From the NCBI GenBank assembly GCA_965113315.1, contig OZ220365.1: DNA of 64,000 nt. One strand, 5' to 3'. Shown piece after piece: positions 63,684 through 64,000 of this stretch (the first letter of the stretch is position 1; each line of letters opens with the position of its first letter). Both the position numbers and the translations under genes were made by a program. This stretch comes from Podarcis vaucheri (taxonomy: Eukaryota). The notes under the pieces are model-generated. The model was not told the origin of the DNA, searched no databases, and saw only the letters and a list, made by a program, of their open reading frames with translations.

Positions 63684-64000
63684 AGCAGTCCCCAGAGATT
63701 TTACCGCCCATGGACCCCCTCCCGCCCAAGCCAGTAGTGAGGCTCACCGCATCGCTCCAGCTACCCAATGGAATCACCATGGACGTGCCAATCACCGTCG
63801 ACTCGGGAAGCAATGCAGACTTCATAGGGCAGGACTTTGTCGACCGGCACGCTATACAGTTGCTGCCTGCCGCGCTGCCACTGCAGGTTGTCACGGTGGA
63901 TGGCAGGGAGCTGTTAGGGGGGCAAGTGGTGAAGCAGACGCCACCTATGGTGCTGCGGCTTGGAAATCACAAGGAGATTATCAGCTTCAACGTCACTCAA
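63623..64000 (+). CDS. pol: Pol N-terminus (aspartic protease), -1 frame, partial
   Basis: 126 open codons to the window end: ...MDVPITVDSGSNADFIGQDFVDRHAIQLLP...VVTVDGRELLGG...; DSG active site at 63800-63808. Confidence 0.92.

Larger units (their letters stand above)
61757..64000 (+). mobile_element. Ty3/Gypsy LTR retrotransposon (sushi/PEG10-like chromovirus lineage), 5' part; continues past the window
   Basis: LTR, intact gag with CCHC knuckle, -1 frameshift signal, open protease frame; CpG-rich and undegraded. Confidence 0.95.

Overview
Repeat-rich, apparently non-coding vertebrate DNA, most likely from a squamate and probably a lacertid lizard (inferred from Sauria SINEs, a BovB fragment and the lizard-type L1, L2, CR1, Penelope and MITE content). 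No host protein-coding exon could be recognised, so this is an intergenic or large-intron region with several AT-rich enhancer-like blocks. Main features: (1) at the left edge, a Penelope-like retroelement end with a perfect 235-bp inverted repeat and two tandem minimal hammerhead-ribozyme motifs in (TA)n tracts; (2) a fold-back Penelope/Neptune remnant at about 6.3-6.5 kb; (3) a complete 1.15-kb non-autonomous L1-type retroposon with an 18-bp TSD and adjacent CTCF and YY1 motifs at its 5' end; (4) at the right edge, the 5' part of a young Ty3/Gypsy (sushi/PEG10-like) LTR retrotransposon with a Tf1-type self-priming PBS, gag, a GGGAAAC slippery site plus pseudoknot, and protease; (5) that LTR and two older solo LTRs all carry an acidic-then-Ser/Pro-then-basic reading frame starting in the same phase at LTR base 2, suggesting a protein-coding U3. 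Repeat family names come from recognition of motifs, not from database searches.
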